Shown: one piece after another, positions 43,006 through 52,980 of the stretch | Layout: the number at the start of each line of letters is the position of its first letter | Position numbering within the stretch: the first letter of the stretch is position 1 | Assembly: GCA_043778555.1 (NCBI GenBank) | Contig: JAYWFY010000045.1 | Location: 1 to 59,254 of the forward strand | Source of the DNA: a bacterium | Lineage (GTDB): Bacteria > Patescibacteriota > JACMRA01 | Reading direction: 5' to 3' | Length of the DNA: 59,254 nucleotides | Made by a program: the position numbers and the translations under genes | Notes under the pieces: model-generated | What the model was told of the DNA's origin: nothing | The model's database searches: none | What the model saw: only the letters and a program-made list of their open reading frames with translations

Positions 43006-43269
43006 TTAGTTCGCTGTTGCGTATCCGCTTGTTAATCCTAGCCAGCTGGCAAAAGCTGTATTGAGATCAATATGTACAATATCATCGCCTTCAAATTGCC
43101 TGTTGGTAGAATCAAATAATTGGATTGCTGGATACTTGCCTAGATTGTGAGTGATCGTTACCGAAGTTCCGACTGGAAACGCTTGAGTGTAGGTTTTGTC
43201 CCCTGTCGCTCCAGTGCTATCAATATTAATTGCAATTCCATTAAAGGTTGGTTGTGTATCGCAGTTCAT
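43006..43269 (-). CDS. Hypothetical structural protein
   Basis: 87-aa ORF. Confidence 0.45.
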   Translation of the reverse strand: MNCDTQPTFNGIAINIDSTGATGDKTYTQAFPVGTSVTITHNLGKYPAIQLFDSTNRQFEGDDIVHIDLNTAFASWLGLTSGYATAN

Positions 43270-43271
43270 AA

Positions 43272-43838
43272 TTAGGTTATTTGGTTTATATCGATTGATA
43301 TTAGTTCTGTGTCCACTTTAATATTTTCAAACTTGTTGCCTAAAGAATCTACGATCTGGAATACTTGATAATACTTTCCAACTGGTAGGGTCGCCGTTAC
43401 AGTTTGATCAATAGCAACCGTGATTCGGTTTGTTGGTTGGTTCGGCTGCAAAGTATAAGTTTGGAGAGGATAAACAATATCTATAGCTTGTGGATTATCA
43501 ACTTTGTTTTTGACAATTAGCATTTGGAGCTGATAGCCTGTCCAGTCAAAGTCGTTGTTAGATTCTTTGTTGGTATAGATCATACTGTTTTGACCAGTTC
43601 CTGATAGTTTTGTTAGAACTCCTTTAGGATAAAGGTTGTCAATAATGCAATTACTCACACATTTTATTTTGTTGCCTGCTATTCCAATTACCCAAAAAGT
43701 ATAGTTTTCAGATTTATAGCTTGCACCGATTTGTGGTAATAAATACAAGTTTTGAATATCAAAAACAAAGATTTTAGACGGCATTTTTGGTCTGATTATT
43801 CTCTGATAGGGCGAACCTCGAATGATAATGTTTGACAT
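43272..43838 (-). CDS. Hypothetical structural protein (leaderless start behind a late promoter)
   Basis: ATG at 43838 (MSNIIIRGSPYQ..) lies 8 nt downstream of the TAGAAT of a late-promoter copy. The longer track start would place the promoter inside the CDS. Confidence 0.5.
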   Translation of the reverse strand: MSNIIIRGSPYQRIIRPKMPSKIFVFDIQNLYLLPQIGASYKSENYTFWVIGIAGNKIKCVSNCIIDNLYPKGVLTKLSGTGQNSMIYTNKESNNDFDWTGYQLQMLIVKNKVDNPQAIDIVYPLQTYTLQPNQPTNRITVAIDQTVTATLPVGKYYQVFQIVDSLGNKFENIKVDTELISIDINQIT

Positions 43839-43846
43839 CTGATATA

Positions 43847-43876
43847 ATTCTACACTGTACCCCCTTATAATTTCAA
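43847..43876 (-). promoter_or_regulatory. Late promoter copy b
   Basis: Minus strand: TTGAAA-ttataAGGGGGTACAGTG-TAGAAT. The ATG lies 8 nt downstream. Confidence 0.55.
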
Positions 43877-43883
43877 CCAAATT

Positions 43884-43902
43884 AAAAACCCCCATTTGGT
43901 GG
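43884..43902 (-). terminator. Weak hairpin plus U-run after 43903..44307
   Basis: Minus strand: CCACC-aaat-GGGGG-TTTTT (one mismatch), directly upstream of late promoter b. Confidence 0.4.
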
Positions 43903-44307
43903 CTAGATAATATTTAGTAATTCTCTGCTAAAGTAATATTTCGGCGAATCCTGAGGCGAGTTGCAGTCAATCCATCTGTCAAGTTCAGATATAAAAATAA
44001 ATGATTTGCCTAGTGTCTTGTTTTCAAATCCTAGCAATTCCTTATCGTTCGGTGCTACTTCATAGCCTTTCTCAACCATCTTTTCTATGACTTGAGTGTA
44101 GTATAGCTCTACCGCTGGTTTGCCGATATTTTCAATCTCGGTTCGGCTATTTGCAATTTCCATCAGTTTTGCCAATTCTTCCTTAGATATTGTCTCTGAC
44201 AAAGATTTTGGTGCAGTTAGTTTGTTTAGCTGTATAATCTGTTCTGGTGTTAGTTTTAGCATTAAATCCTGAATTTGCTGAAGCGGTGGTTTGGTTGTTG
44301 TAGGCAT
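43903..44307 (-). CDS. Hypothetical protein
   Basis: 134-aa ORF followed by a hairpin plus U-run. Confidence 0.5.
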   Translation of the reverse strand: MPTTTKPPLQQIQDLMLKLTPEQIIQLNKLTAPKSLSETISKEELAKLMEIANSRTEIENIGKPAVELYYTQVIEKMVEKGYEVAPNDKELLGFENKTLGKSFIFISELDRWIDCNSPQDSPKYYFSRELLNII

Positions 44308-44315
44308 AATAGTTA

Positions 44316-45074
44316 TTAAATTTTACTGATATAGTTGTATTCGTAATTACATACGAGATTGATTTGACTTGCTGAGTTCAAAAAGCTGATTGCAGCAGGT
44401 GTAAGGTTGGTCTGGTCGATAAACACCCCTTGACCTAGTTGTTTTTTGGTAGGATCTAGTATTCGTGCTAATTGATTTTCTGATAGCCTGTACGGCTGGT
44501 TTATCCAGTCTTTGATTTGTATTTTGTCTAATAGATTCAGAAACTGATTTGAGCTAGTATCCAAAAAGAATACATTTTGAGCTGTTTTGTATTTAAGCGT
44601 TCCGATTAAAGTTGACAATAAAGGTTCAAATACTGGCTGTACAGGACGGTTGTTGACCAGCGTTTCGTACTGGGTATTTTGTGAGAATATCACTACTGAA
44701 AAATAGATAGGGGCTTCAAAGTCAATCCCTGCTGCCGTTCCAAGCGGTGTTGGCTGGTTCCATTCCAGATTGTATTTTAAGTTCAGTAGCGGAACATCGG
44801 TATTTGCCAGTTGACTAAGTGAAATGTAATTATATTGACTAGGATCGGCTGCAAAGATAGCTCCTACTTTGGTTGTATCCGTATTGTTTGGCACTACTTT
44901 GATTTTACTGACAAAGTTTCCTCTTTCCCTTGATAGATTTTTAGATTGACTAGGCTTTTCTACAAAGTCCTTGATTGCCTTTTGACCTGTCCAAAAAGCA
45001 TTTTCCATTGGGTTGGTCATTGCCAGTAGATTGGCGGTTGGTTCTTTAACACAGATTGCTGATACATTGTACAT
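44316..45074 (-). CDS. Hypothetical baseplate/tail protein
   Basis: 252-aa ORF in the tail-tip module. Confidence 0.5.
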   Translation of the reverse strand: MYNVSAICVKEPTANLLAMTNPMENAFWTGQKAIKDFVEKPSQSKNLSRERGNFVSKIKVVPNNTDTTKVGAIFAADPSQYNYISLSQLANTDVPLLNLKYNLEWNQPTPLGTAAGIDFEAPIYFSVVIFSQNTQYETLVNNRPVQPVFEPLLSTLIGTLKYKTAQNVFFLDTSSNQFLNLLDKIQIKDWINQPYRLSENQLARILDPTKKQLGQGVFIDQTNLTPAAISFLNSASQINLVCNYEYNYISKI

Positions 45075-45079
45075 ATTGA

Positions 45080-46198
45080 TTATTTTTTAAGTTTGGCTAG
45101 GTCAAATTTTAAGGCTCGTAGGGTGTAGTCTTCGTCAATGTTGAATAGTAGCCGTTCTGTTCCATCTACTTCAAGCTGATTGTACTTGTATTGTACCCTG
45201 ACCTTTTCGCCTGGCAAAACTATTCTAGGAAAGGTAAAGTCAAAAGAATAAGCATTTTTGTCTCGCTGTTTTTTGAGGTGTGAGATTCCTTCGTAATACA
45301 GTTGTTTGAGAGATGAACACGGACTGACCACAAAAGTCTCAAATTTGTTAGTGGTAGGATCTGCCAAAGTATCTTGAATATAGTAGGCTGTTTGATTGTT
45401 GATTTCTTGCCCTTTGTCCACTAGTGGAAATGTAGGCTGGACAAACTGACCAGCGTTATCATTGAGATAAAACACCGTTGACGAATCTGAACCGTTGCCA
45501 GTATCTCCAAGCACCATTAGATAGTTGACCGAATCTCCAGAATAGTTGTTTTTGAGGCTATTGATTTTGATAGACACATCGTCAAAAGGGTCATCACTTT
45601 TTGAGATATTATTTGCCCTGTATAGCGTTGGCAAAACACTAAAATCTCCATACTGAATCAAGACTTTGTCTATTCCGTTTTGATTGATTATGCCATATTC
45701 TCGGAATGTCCAGCCTCCAGCCGATTTGCAAATGTCCTCCAGTAGCTTGAGATTATCCACCACTCCAGTATTGAATTTTATGCTTCGGTCATCCGAAATA
45801 CACTGAAATATGATTTTGGTTGTATTTAAGTATTTGACAATATCGTTTGCTGATCCGTCATATTCCAGATTGAAAGGAACTAACCGCTGTGAATACTTAA
45901 GATTCCAAAGGTAAGAGTAAAATGACAATTCTGTTAGTCCAGTTTGTCGGTCAATCTGTGGTTGTCTATTCTTTGTAAAGGCAATATCAACACCATAGTC
46001 AGTAGTGAGCCGAATATCCCAGCTACCTTGCTTGAGATAGTCAAAACCAGTGCCTAAGCTAGGTGTAATGTTTAGCTTGAGTTCATACGCTCCACCCAAG
46101 TCCATTGACAATTGCACATCAGTTATCCCCCCTGTCTCGACTAGAAGAGGGCGGATTTTAGAAAGTTTAGAATCAATGGTTGATAGGGTAAAGGACAT
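45080..46198 (-). CDS. Tal-like (tail-associated/baseplate hub N-terminal domain) protein
   Basis: 372 aa. N-terminus MSFTLSTIDSKLSKIRPLLVETGGITDVQLSMDLGGAYELKLNI resembles the prophage-tail (gp27-like) N-terminal pattern. Position is downstream of the TMP and Dit genes. Confidence 0.4.
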   Translation of the reverse strand: MSFTLSTIDSKLSKIRPLLVETGGITDVQLSMDLGGAYELKLNITPSLGTGFDYLKQGSWDIRLTTDYGVDIAFTKNRQPQIDRQTGLTELSFYSYLWNLKYSQRLVPFNLEYDGSANDIVKYLNTTKIIFQCISDDRSIKFNTGVVDNLKLLEDICKSAGGWTFREYGIINQNGIDKVLIQYGDFSVLPTLYRANNISKSDDPFDDVSIKINSLKNNYSGDSVNYLMVLGDTGNGSDSSTVFYLNDNAGQFVQPTFPLVDKGQEINNQTAYYIQDTLADPTTNKFETFVVSPCSSLKQLYYEGISHLKKQRDKNAYSFDFTFPRIVLPGEKVRVQYKYNQLEVDGTERLLFNIDEDYTLRALKFDLAKLKK

Positions 46199-46199
46199 A

Positions 46200-46856
46200 T
46201 TACGAGATATTGCCGTTAGTCACATCATAGATTACATTTGACCTAGATGGTATAAACTTATAATCATAATTGGCATTTACTTGAGCTAAGTTACTTTTGA
46301 ATTTTAGCCTATAATATGCAAGACCTCCTGATAATGGAACATTTTTATCAAAAATTTGAATCGGAACTGCTTGGGCTTGCGAATTATTTTGTCCATAACT
46401 GTGAAAGGTTAAAAACTGAATATCATCAGTCGCAGTGTTGCTCGCCACTGTTACAGGTGCTAAAAATGCGTTTGTCGTGTCTCTTTCAATTGTAAAGGTC
46501 AAAAGATGATTCCATTGATTCACATTAGGGAATCCGTCAATTTGCAACTGCAAAAACTGCATAATACTCGCATTATTAAAGGTTAATGGTACAGTCCAGT
46601 TCAAAAGAGTGTAAGATGTGGCGGCAGCAAAAGGTGGAACAATATCTGATCCTGTAAATTTAATTACATCTCGTTGCGGTCTATGGTGTCGTGCCAAGAT
46701 TGCCTGACTAGATATTTCTGCCGAATCAGTAGAAGATAGCAAGAATGCCTGTATCCAGTTGTTGACTGCAACAAAGTTGCTTTGTAGTGGTGTTGCGTCA
46801 AGCGGTGTGTTGTTAACGATTGTATTTGGTATTCCTGCGAAAGTTGGTTTGGACAT
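46200..46856 (-). CDS. Hypothetical tail protein
   Basis: 218-aa ORF with a 1-nt gap on both sides. Confidence 0.5.
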   Translation of the reverse strand: MSKPTFAGIPNTIVNNTPLDATPLQSNFVAVNNWIQAFLLSSTDSAEISSQAILARHHRPQRDVIKFTGSDIVPPFAAATSYTLLNWTVPLTFNNASIMQFLQLQIDGFPNVNQWNHLLTFTIERDTTNAFLAPVTVASNTATDDIQFLTFHSYGQNNSQAQAVPIQIFDKNVPLSGGLAYYRLKFKSNLAQVNANYDYKFIPSRSNVIYDVTNGNIS

Positions 46857-46857
46857 A

Positions 46858-48510
46858 TTAGTGGAAAATGTGTAGGTTTTTAATAAAGATTGATATTGGG
46901 CTGGCTGTATTTTTGGTAATTTCTAGGGTGTCAATTGGGTTTGTTTCGTACAAAAATGTATTTATTCGGCTGTCAAAAGTAAGTTGACCTTTGAGGGCTG
47001 TTTCGATTTTGACTAGTTCGTCCTCTGGATTGATTTCGTACCCTGTTGTGACATCGAATAGTTGCCCTTTGTGTGCATATAGCAACAGCCCTTCTTTGAC
47101 GACTTTGCTGGATAGCCACGTGATTTTGTATCCTGTTTGGTTGTCTAGGTTTAGTATCTGTATTGACTCGCCATATTTTAGTTGTGGTATTCTTACCAGA
47201 ATATACTTTGACTTAAAACTATTTTTGAGACTTAGCGATGTGGTAGTGTACCGTGTCGGGCTGTTGTTATTGATTTGACATTTTAGAACTCCTATCCCGT
47301 TCATTTCGTACAATTCATTACTAATTGTGGTTTGGTATTGGGTCGCCTGTATTCCTTGCTCCATTTGTGGTCTCCAAATCGTAAAGCTAACGGCTGTTTG
47401 TGGCGAATCGTTGGATAAATAAAACTTGATATTGGCAGTGGTAGAGTTAGGAACTAGCCCTTGCACTGCTATTTTTTGCCAATTACCGTCAAAAGTAACT
47501 ATTTGGCTATAATCATTCAAGATTGCACCTAGGTTATCCGAGGCATTAAATCCGATTTTGAGTGTTTGCCCTGATACTCCTTTAGCCCAGATTGAGGCGG
47601 TCAAGGTTAGATTGATAAAATTCCCTGACAAGATCTGGAATAGCCTTGAATTAAGATTATTAAAAGTAACTTTGGTGGCTGTATTAGTGCCATTTGGTGC
47701 TAGTTCTTGAGTATTGGCTGGCAATATCTGACCACCTCCCCATAGTAGTCCACCGCTCCAAGTTCCACCTCCACCCCAAAGGTTATTACTGGTTATTTGC
47801 CATACCGAATCAGTCAAGTCATCGGTACGATTAAGGAAGTTATAGCCTCGATTGGTATTTGTAACATTAAGGTATCTGTCGGTATACACCAGCTTTAATC
47901 GTTCTTTTTTGCTTTTGAGTTTGATTGTCAATTCCGAATCGGTGAATGTATTTAGCCGTACAAAATGGTCAAAATTACTTGACCCCCAGTATTTGGTAGC
48001 TTGTCCCCAAGTCAACCCTGCCTGACCATATGTCAAAATTGCATTAGATTTATACAACGCTTCGTCAACCAAAAAAATGTTGTCGTTGGCTTCATAAAAA
48101 AACGGGCTAAACATTCCAAACTTTACTTTGACCATCTTGTTTTTTTGTCCTAGGCTTTCGCTTTGGCTAGCGTCCTGCTCAAAACTCAAACACTCTGCAT
48201 AGTTCCAAAACACTTTGGTATAAACATTTTTGTTGTCGTCCGAATACTCCGCCGTAAAGAAAATCAGCTGTGGCTCGTTGACGAACTCATACTGTATCTT
48301 GTCTATATTCTCATACTCATCTGCCAAAAAACTAACATCAAACTCATAGTTGTTTTTGTAGTTTCTACGCCGTCCATTAACTCTGGCATTACCATCCATA
48401 AAGTCTTGATTTTCCTGCACGGTCTTAAATCCACCTGACACTTTACTGGTTAGGTTTTGTTTGTTGAACACATATTGTCCAAATTGGTAGATTTGTTTGA
48501 CACCGTACAT
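46858..48510 (-). CDS. Distal tail protein (Dit)-like with an extra domain
   Basis: 550-aa ORF immediately after the tape measure. The N-terminus is Sipho_tail-like by position. Confidence 0.45.
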   Translation of the reverse strand: MYGVKQIYQFGQYVFNKQNLTSKVSGGFKTVQENQDFMDGNARVNGRRRNYKNNYEFDVSFLADEYENIDKIQYEFVNEPQLIFFTAEYSDDNKNVYTKVFWNYAECLSFEQDASQSESLGQKNKMVKVKFGMFSPFFYEANDNIFLVDEALYKSNAILTYGQAGLTWGQATKYWGSSNFDHFVRLNTFTDSELTIKLKSKKERLKLVYTDRYLNVTNTNRGYNFLNRTDDLTDSVWQITSNNLWGGGGTWSGGLLWGGGQILPANTQELAPNGTNTATKVTFNNLNSRLFQILSGNFINLTLTASIWAKGVSGQTLKIGFNASDNLGAILNDYSQIVTFDGNWQKIAVQGLVPNSTTANIKFYLSNDSPQTAVSFTIWRPQMEQGIQATQYQTTISNELYEMNGIGVLKCQINNNSPTRYTTTSLSLKNSFKSKYILVRIPQLKYGESIQILNLDNQTGYKITWLSSKVVKEGLLLYAHKGQLFDVTTGYEINPEDELVKIETALKGQLTFDSRINTFLYETNPIDTLEITKNTASPISIFIKNLHIFH

Positions 48511-48511
48511 A

Positions 48512-51500
48512 TTAGATTAGTTGGAATTGATTAGACATAAAAATAGGTTTGGCATTCCCAAAGTTCTGGAATGTTTGATTTGTGCTGTTATTTTGGTTAT
48601 TGTTTATTATACTTGATTGATTTGAGATATTTTGACCATAACTAGGTTTATTTCTTTTTTGGTCGTTCAAGTACCTTGTAATATCTAGGTCAATCTTTTG
48701 CCCTTGATTGTTGATCAAGCCTAGGTTAATATTTTCTTTTTGCTTGCCTAACTGTGCTAATTGCTTTTCGTAGTCATCTTCCTTTGCCTTGATTTGCTTT
48801 TCCAACTCAAAAGCCTGTAATTTATACGCTTTGTCCTCATCTTCACGCTTTTTCTTTTTGAGTTCATAATCTGCTTTTTCTTTGTCCTCTTGAGCCTTGA
48901 TTTCATCTTTTTTAGCTAGGATTTGGGCGTTTAGTTGTGCTTCAATGTTCTTGTCTGTATTGAGTGCTTTTTGACGCTGTAATAGCTCTAATTGGTCTTT
49001 AAGTACATCGCTTTTGCTTTGGTCAATTTTAAGGCTTTCTTCATTGATATTTTTTAGCTTTTCGGCGTTGTTTAGTAGCTCTAATTTGTCTTTGATACCG
49101 TCAACCTCTAGCTTTTCCTTCTCTTTGAGCTGTGCAGTTTGATCGTCCAAGACTTTCTTTGCCAGTAGTTCCTTTTCCTTCTCAATCTTGAGTTGCTCGC
49201 TTGCGTCTTTTAGGGCTTTTGCTGTGTCGCCTGCTCCACCTTTGCCACCGCCTGATCCTTTGCCTGCTTTTTCATTTCCACCTTGTTCAGCTGAATTCAT
49301 ATCCTTGAAAAAATCTTCTTGTTGCTTTTCCACTGTATCCATAATGCCACCTTCTCCTTGGTAGCCTTCAACTCCACCTTGTCCATTGTTGGTTTCTGGT
49401 AACTCGTTACTATCTCCAAAGCCCAATAACCCTTTTAGCATTCCAATCGGATCTTGCACCGCTCCAAGGTTAACGCCTTTTGTAAAATCTCCAGCAATAT
49501 TTAGCCCCCCAGCAAGTGAAGTTAAAGCATTTTTGATTCCGTCCCTTGCTCCTGCCCCTAATTTCTCAATTGCGTCTCCCACTTCAGTCTTTAACAATCC
49601 TTCTCCAAACTTATCTGTGTCAAACTCATCAACATCATTTTCTAATCCTTCAAAAGCTCCTTTTAATTGCTCTTTGGCTCCTCCTAATTGATTATTACTT
49701 TTTTTTGAGTTCAAAAATGCTTTTGCTCCTGCGATATTGCCCGACACTGCCCCTGCAAAGTTACTTGTACCAACTCGTGAGATACTGACACCACCAAGAC
49801 CAAACAATTTTAATCCTCCTTGAGCTAACGGATTATTGAGCAAACCATTGATCATATCAATAACTGCGTTTATTGCATCTCCAATAGTATTGACCACTCC
49901 GTCAAAAACACGAGCAACACCACCACCAATACCGCTCATAGCATCCAAAATACCTAATGCCATATTTCTTGCACCATCTGGAACTTTACCCTGAAATACA
50001 TCTACTACACCTTGAGATATGTCCAAAACAAACCCATAAAAGTTTTTGTATCCACCAATTACACTTTTTAGAGTGCTTTTAATAATTCCACCAAACTTCT
50101 TAAATACTGTGCCAACTCCAACCAAAAATGCCCTTCTTAAAAATCCTACAAAACCATTAAAAGCTCCAATCATTCCATTTACTCCATTAAAGATTCCATC
50201 AACAATGCCCTCCATATTAGCCAGTAAATACTGAGCCATACTCTTAAATGCTCCAGCAATCCATTGCACCGCTCCATTCACGACATCACGGATACCCAAA
50301 AAGTTCGTTTGCCATGCTAGGAATAAAGCTCCTAAAGCTCCAATAACAAGAACAATAGGGCTGGTTATAAAGCCAACAACGGACATAACCATTCCTTTGA
50401 CAAGCCCAAGTATTCCAGCAATTCCACCTTTGGCAATTCCAATAACTGACGAAAATATACCTCTAAATCCCCTTGTGAATACTCCTTTTAATCCACCAAT
50501 TCCACTAGCAATTTTACCCCTTGCTCCACTGGCAATTCCACCTAATCGTTCTTTGGCGATCATTGACTGTAACTGTATTTCTACATTCATTTTGGTTAAT
50601 CCAAGTCTAGCACCACCTGCAAGCTGACCAAATTTGAGCGTAAGGCTAGAAATAGCACTAGATATTTTCTTAAATGCTACAACTGCCAAAAACGCTGCAA
50701 TTCCAACCGCTCCAAGTGGCGAATTAATCGCTTTGGCAATCAACCCAGCTCCTTTGCTCAGTATGTCAAATGTGAACTTAAAAGCATTACCCAAGCTAGT
50801 TATTGTTGACCGTGTTTGTTTTGAAATTCCTAATAATCTTAAAAACTCTGAAAAATCAAGTTTGCCTTTAGTTAAAGCAACAAAGTTTCCCATAGCCACC
50901 ATAGCGGAACCTGCCCCTGTTTTAATTTTCTCAAAAAAGCCATTTTTAATTATGTCTCCATTTTCTTCAATTCCAATAATTGATCTACTAAGAACACCAA
51001 GACCGTCTTTAATGTTTGACATCGTACCGTTGAATGTTTTAGATTGAGCAATCATGTTGCCAAAGAATCTTCCACCCTTTGAACTCATGGCAAAAAGGAC
51101 TTCTTGAACCGCTTGATAAGAAACTGCCCCATCACTAATCATTTTTCTCATAGCTGAACCTGTTAATCCAAACTTTTTTTCCAATTCTCCAAGTAAAGGA
51201 ACACCTGCGTTGTTGAATTGCATTAAGTCTTGTGTCATCAATCTACCTGCTGTTTTGACTTGACCCAAAGCGTAGGCAATTCTATTTAGCGATTCTGGTG
51301 TGCTTGAAATATTACCTAGTGAGTTCAAGATCGGTAATAGTTGCTGAGTATTAAAACCTACCGCCAAGAGCTGTTTTGAGATTGTTTGTAATTGTGGCAA
51401 TTCAAACGGCGTGATTAAGGCAAATTTTGACAGGTTATCAAGTGCAACTTTTGCATTTTCTGCACCTCCACCAAGAATATCAAAGCTAGATCTAATAGAT

Positions 51501-51796
51501 TCTAGGTTACCTGCCATTTCAATTGAGGAACTTATAGCTTCTTTTGTACCTGATACAAAGCTAGAAAATATGTTAGCCAAACTTATACCACTAGCAATTT
51601 CAAAGATTCTTAGTAGGCTTTGTTGTAGCCCGGTCATTGCGTCCGAACCCCTGTCAATACCATCTTTCAACCCATCTCCCAGTGCTTTGCCTGAGTTTTT
51701 AGCCATTGCGTCAATCTTAGATTCAATTTCGGCAACCTTTGCCAGCACCCTGTCGGTGTCTGAAAGTTGGAGTTGAACATCAAAGATTTCTGCCAT
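48512..51796 (-). CDS. Tape measure protein
   Basis: 1094 aa with G/A/I-rich hydrophobic repeats and a long K/E coiled coil. It lies directly downstream of the G/GT chaperones. Confidence 0.85.
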   Translation of the reverse strand: MAEIFDVQLQLSDTDRVLAKVAEIESKIDAMAKNSGKALGDGLKDGIDRGSDAMTGLQQSLLRIFEIASGISLANIFSSFVSGTKEAISSSIEMAGNLESIRSSFDILGGGAENAKVALDNLSKFALITPFELPQLQTISKQLLAVGFNTQQLLPILNSLGNISSTPESLNRIAYALGQVKTAGRLMTQDLMQFNNAGVPLLGELEKKFGLTGSAMRKMISDGAVSYQAVQEVLFAMSSKGGRFFGNMIAQSKTFNGTMSNIKDGLGVLSRSIIGIEENGDIIKNGFFEKIKTGAGSAMVAMGNFVALTKGKLDFSEFLRLLGISKQTRSTITSLGNAFKFTFDILSKGAGLIAKAINSPLGAVGIAAFLAVVAFKKISSAISSLTLKFGQLAGGARLGLTKMNVEIQLQSMIAKERLGGIASGARGKIASGIGGLKGVFTRGFRGIFSSVIGIAKGGIAGILGLVKGMVMSVVGFITSPIVLVIGALGALFLAWQTNFLGIRDVVNGAVQWIAGAFKSMAQYLLANMEGIVDGIFNGVNGMIGAFNGFVGFLRRAFLVGVGTVFKKFGGIIKSTLKSVIGGYKNFYGFVLDISQGVVDVFQGKVPDGARNMALGILDAMSGIGGGVARVFDGVVNTIGDAINAVIDMINGLLNNPLAQGGLKLFGLGGVSISRVGTSNFAGAVSGNIAGAKAFLNSKKSNNQLGGAKEQLKGAFEGLENDVDEFDTDKFGEGLLKTEVGDAIEKLGAGARDGIKNALTSLAGGLNIAGDFTKGVNLGAVQDPIGMLKGLLGFGDSNELPETNNGQGGVEGYQGEGGIMDTVEKQQEDFFKDMNSAEQGGNEKAGKGSGGGKGGAGDTAKALKDASEQLKIEKEKELLAKKVLDDQTAQLKEKEKLEVDGIKDKLELLNNAEKLKNINEESLKIDQSKSDVLKDQLELLQRQKALNTDKNIEAQLNAQILAKKDEIKAQEDKEKADYELKKKKREDEDKAYKLQAFELEKQIKAKEDDYEKQLAQLGKQKENINLGLINNQGQKIDLDITRYLNDQKRNKPSYGQNISNQSSIINNNQNNSTNQTFQNFGNAKPIFMSNQFQLI

Positions 51797-51833
51797 AGTG
51801 TTGAATTATAAAGTTATAAAAGTTTTGTTTAGA

Positions 51834-52786
51834 TTAGATTAGTTCGTAGCCTGCAATCTCTACGAACTCTGCATATTTGTCGTATCGTACCAGCCATTTT
51901 GGAGGTTCTTCTGGTGGTTCTGGGTCTTCTACCCTGCCAATTAATGACAAGTACCTGTCATATTGTTTTTCGTAGCGTTCATCGGCTTCACGATTAACAA
52001 TTAAAAAATACTCAGTTGCCATATTCCACAGTGTCCAAGTGTTGACTAATTCTAAGCCATAAATCCGCACTAATTTGTTCAAAATAGCGTCTGGATAATA
52101 CGATTCAGTTATTTCAATGTATTCTTGAGATTGTCCTTCATCTTCTTGACTATCTCCGCTTTTTGAGTAGCCCTCGAAGTAAAAAAATCAATATGCCATT
52201 CGTTGTTTTGTTCAGTTTTGACCAGTAATATCTCCATTTCGTCCGTGTCTAGTTCGTTGACATCTATCTTGAGATAATCACAAATCATTTTTATAACTTG
52301 GATTTCTAGCTTTTGGATTTTATCCGCAATTGGCTCGATTTCATTGGCTTTTTCCAGTGCCTTTTGTTTGCACTGAGCGTATAATTGATCGTCAAAGTTA
52401 ATAATTTTTTGTAATAATTGCTCTATTTTAATTCCAACCTCTTTAGATTTTTTGTCTTCTTTGTTATTCGTTAATATCAACAAACCAACTGCATATACTA
52501 ACTGAGTTACTGTACCATCAATATTGTATTTACTATCAAATTCTTCTAAGGTAATTTCTTTGTCAAAAGCCAGTTGCAAACAAGGGTAAGCTCTTAGAAC
52601 TGGTAACATTAGGATTTCCTGCATTGCTTGATACTCATCGAGTTTTAGATCTGAGATTCGTTCAAATACACCTCGGATTTCCTTTGCTGTAATTCCTTTG
52701 AATTGATATTGAGCAAAGCCAATTGGCTCTAAAATTGAGCCAGATTTAACTTCTAGTAATGTTTTAGGTTTTTTAGAAACTGACAT
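51834..52786 (-). CDS. Tail assembly chaperone GT (-1 programmed frameshift product)
   Basis: The frame of track ORF 51834..52082 stays open upstream to 52187 and is the -1 frame of G. After the slip it reads ..DFF|YFEGYSKSGDSQEDEGQSQEYIEITESYYPDAILNKLVRIYG... Confidence 0.65.
52109..52786 (-). CDS. Tail assembly chaperone G
   Basis: 225-aa ORF upstream of the TMP gene. It contains the slippery run gaT TTT TTT act (..IDFFTS..). Confidence 0.7.
   Translation of the reverse strand: MSVSKKPKTLLEVKSGSILEPIGFAQYQFKGITAKEIRGVFERISDLKLDEYQAMQEILMLPVLRAYPCLQLAFDKEITLEEFDSKYNIDGTVTQLVYAVGLLILTNNKEDKKSKEVGIKIEQLLQKIINFDDQLYAQCKQKALEKANEIEPIADKIQKLEIQVIKMICDYLKIDVNELDTDEMEILLVKTEQNNEWHIDFFTSRATQKAEIVKKMKDNLKNTLK
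52181..52187 (-). promoter_or_regulatory. Slippery heptamer T TTT TTT for the G/GT -1 frameshift
   Basis: Seven A's on the plus strand. Zero-frame codons are gat ttt ttt act, and the -1 frame continues tac ttc gag. Confidence 0.65.
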
Positions 52787-52792
52787 AATAAT

Positions 52793-52963
52793 TTAGTTTT
52801 TAATATTGTATAAAATTGTATAAAGTAGTTGATTGTCTGATATAATTACAAGATCCGTCTTAATCAAAACAAAGTCCCCTAGACCAGAAAAAAAACTGTT
52901 AAATTCTTTTTCTAAATCTTTAGGGGTTGCAACCAAAAAGGTTTTAATTTGTACTTTGTTCAT
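52793..52963 (-). CDS. Small ORF (56 aa), Cse60/DUF2758-like
   Basis: Hand translation: MNKVQIKTFLVATPKDLEKEFNSFFSGLGDFVLIKTDLVIISDNQLLYTILYNIKN*. It fills the gap between the tail-tube and chaperone genes. Confidence 0.35.
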   Translation of the reverse strand: MNKVQIKTFLVATPKDLEKEFNSFFSGLGDFVLIKTDLVIISDNQLLYTILYNIKN

Positions 52964-52980
52964 AATGATTATAAGTTGGA

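Noticed and set aside
48512-51796. Plus-strand ORFs inside the tape-measure gene (49386.., 49546.., 50046.., 50397.., 50634.., 51411..)
   Set aside because: They are P/S/L-rich antisense shadows of a G/A/K-rich gene, with no independent signals.
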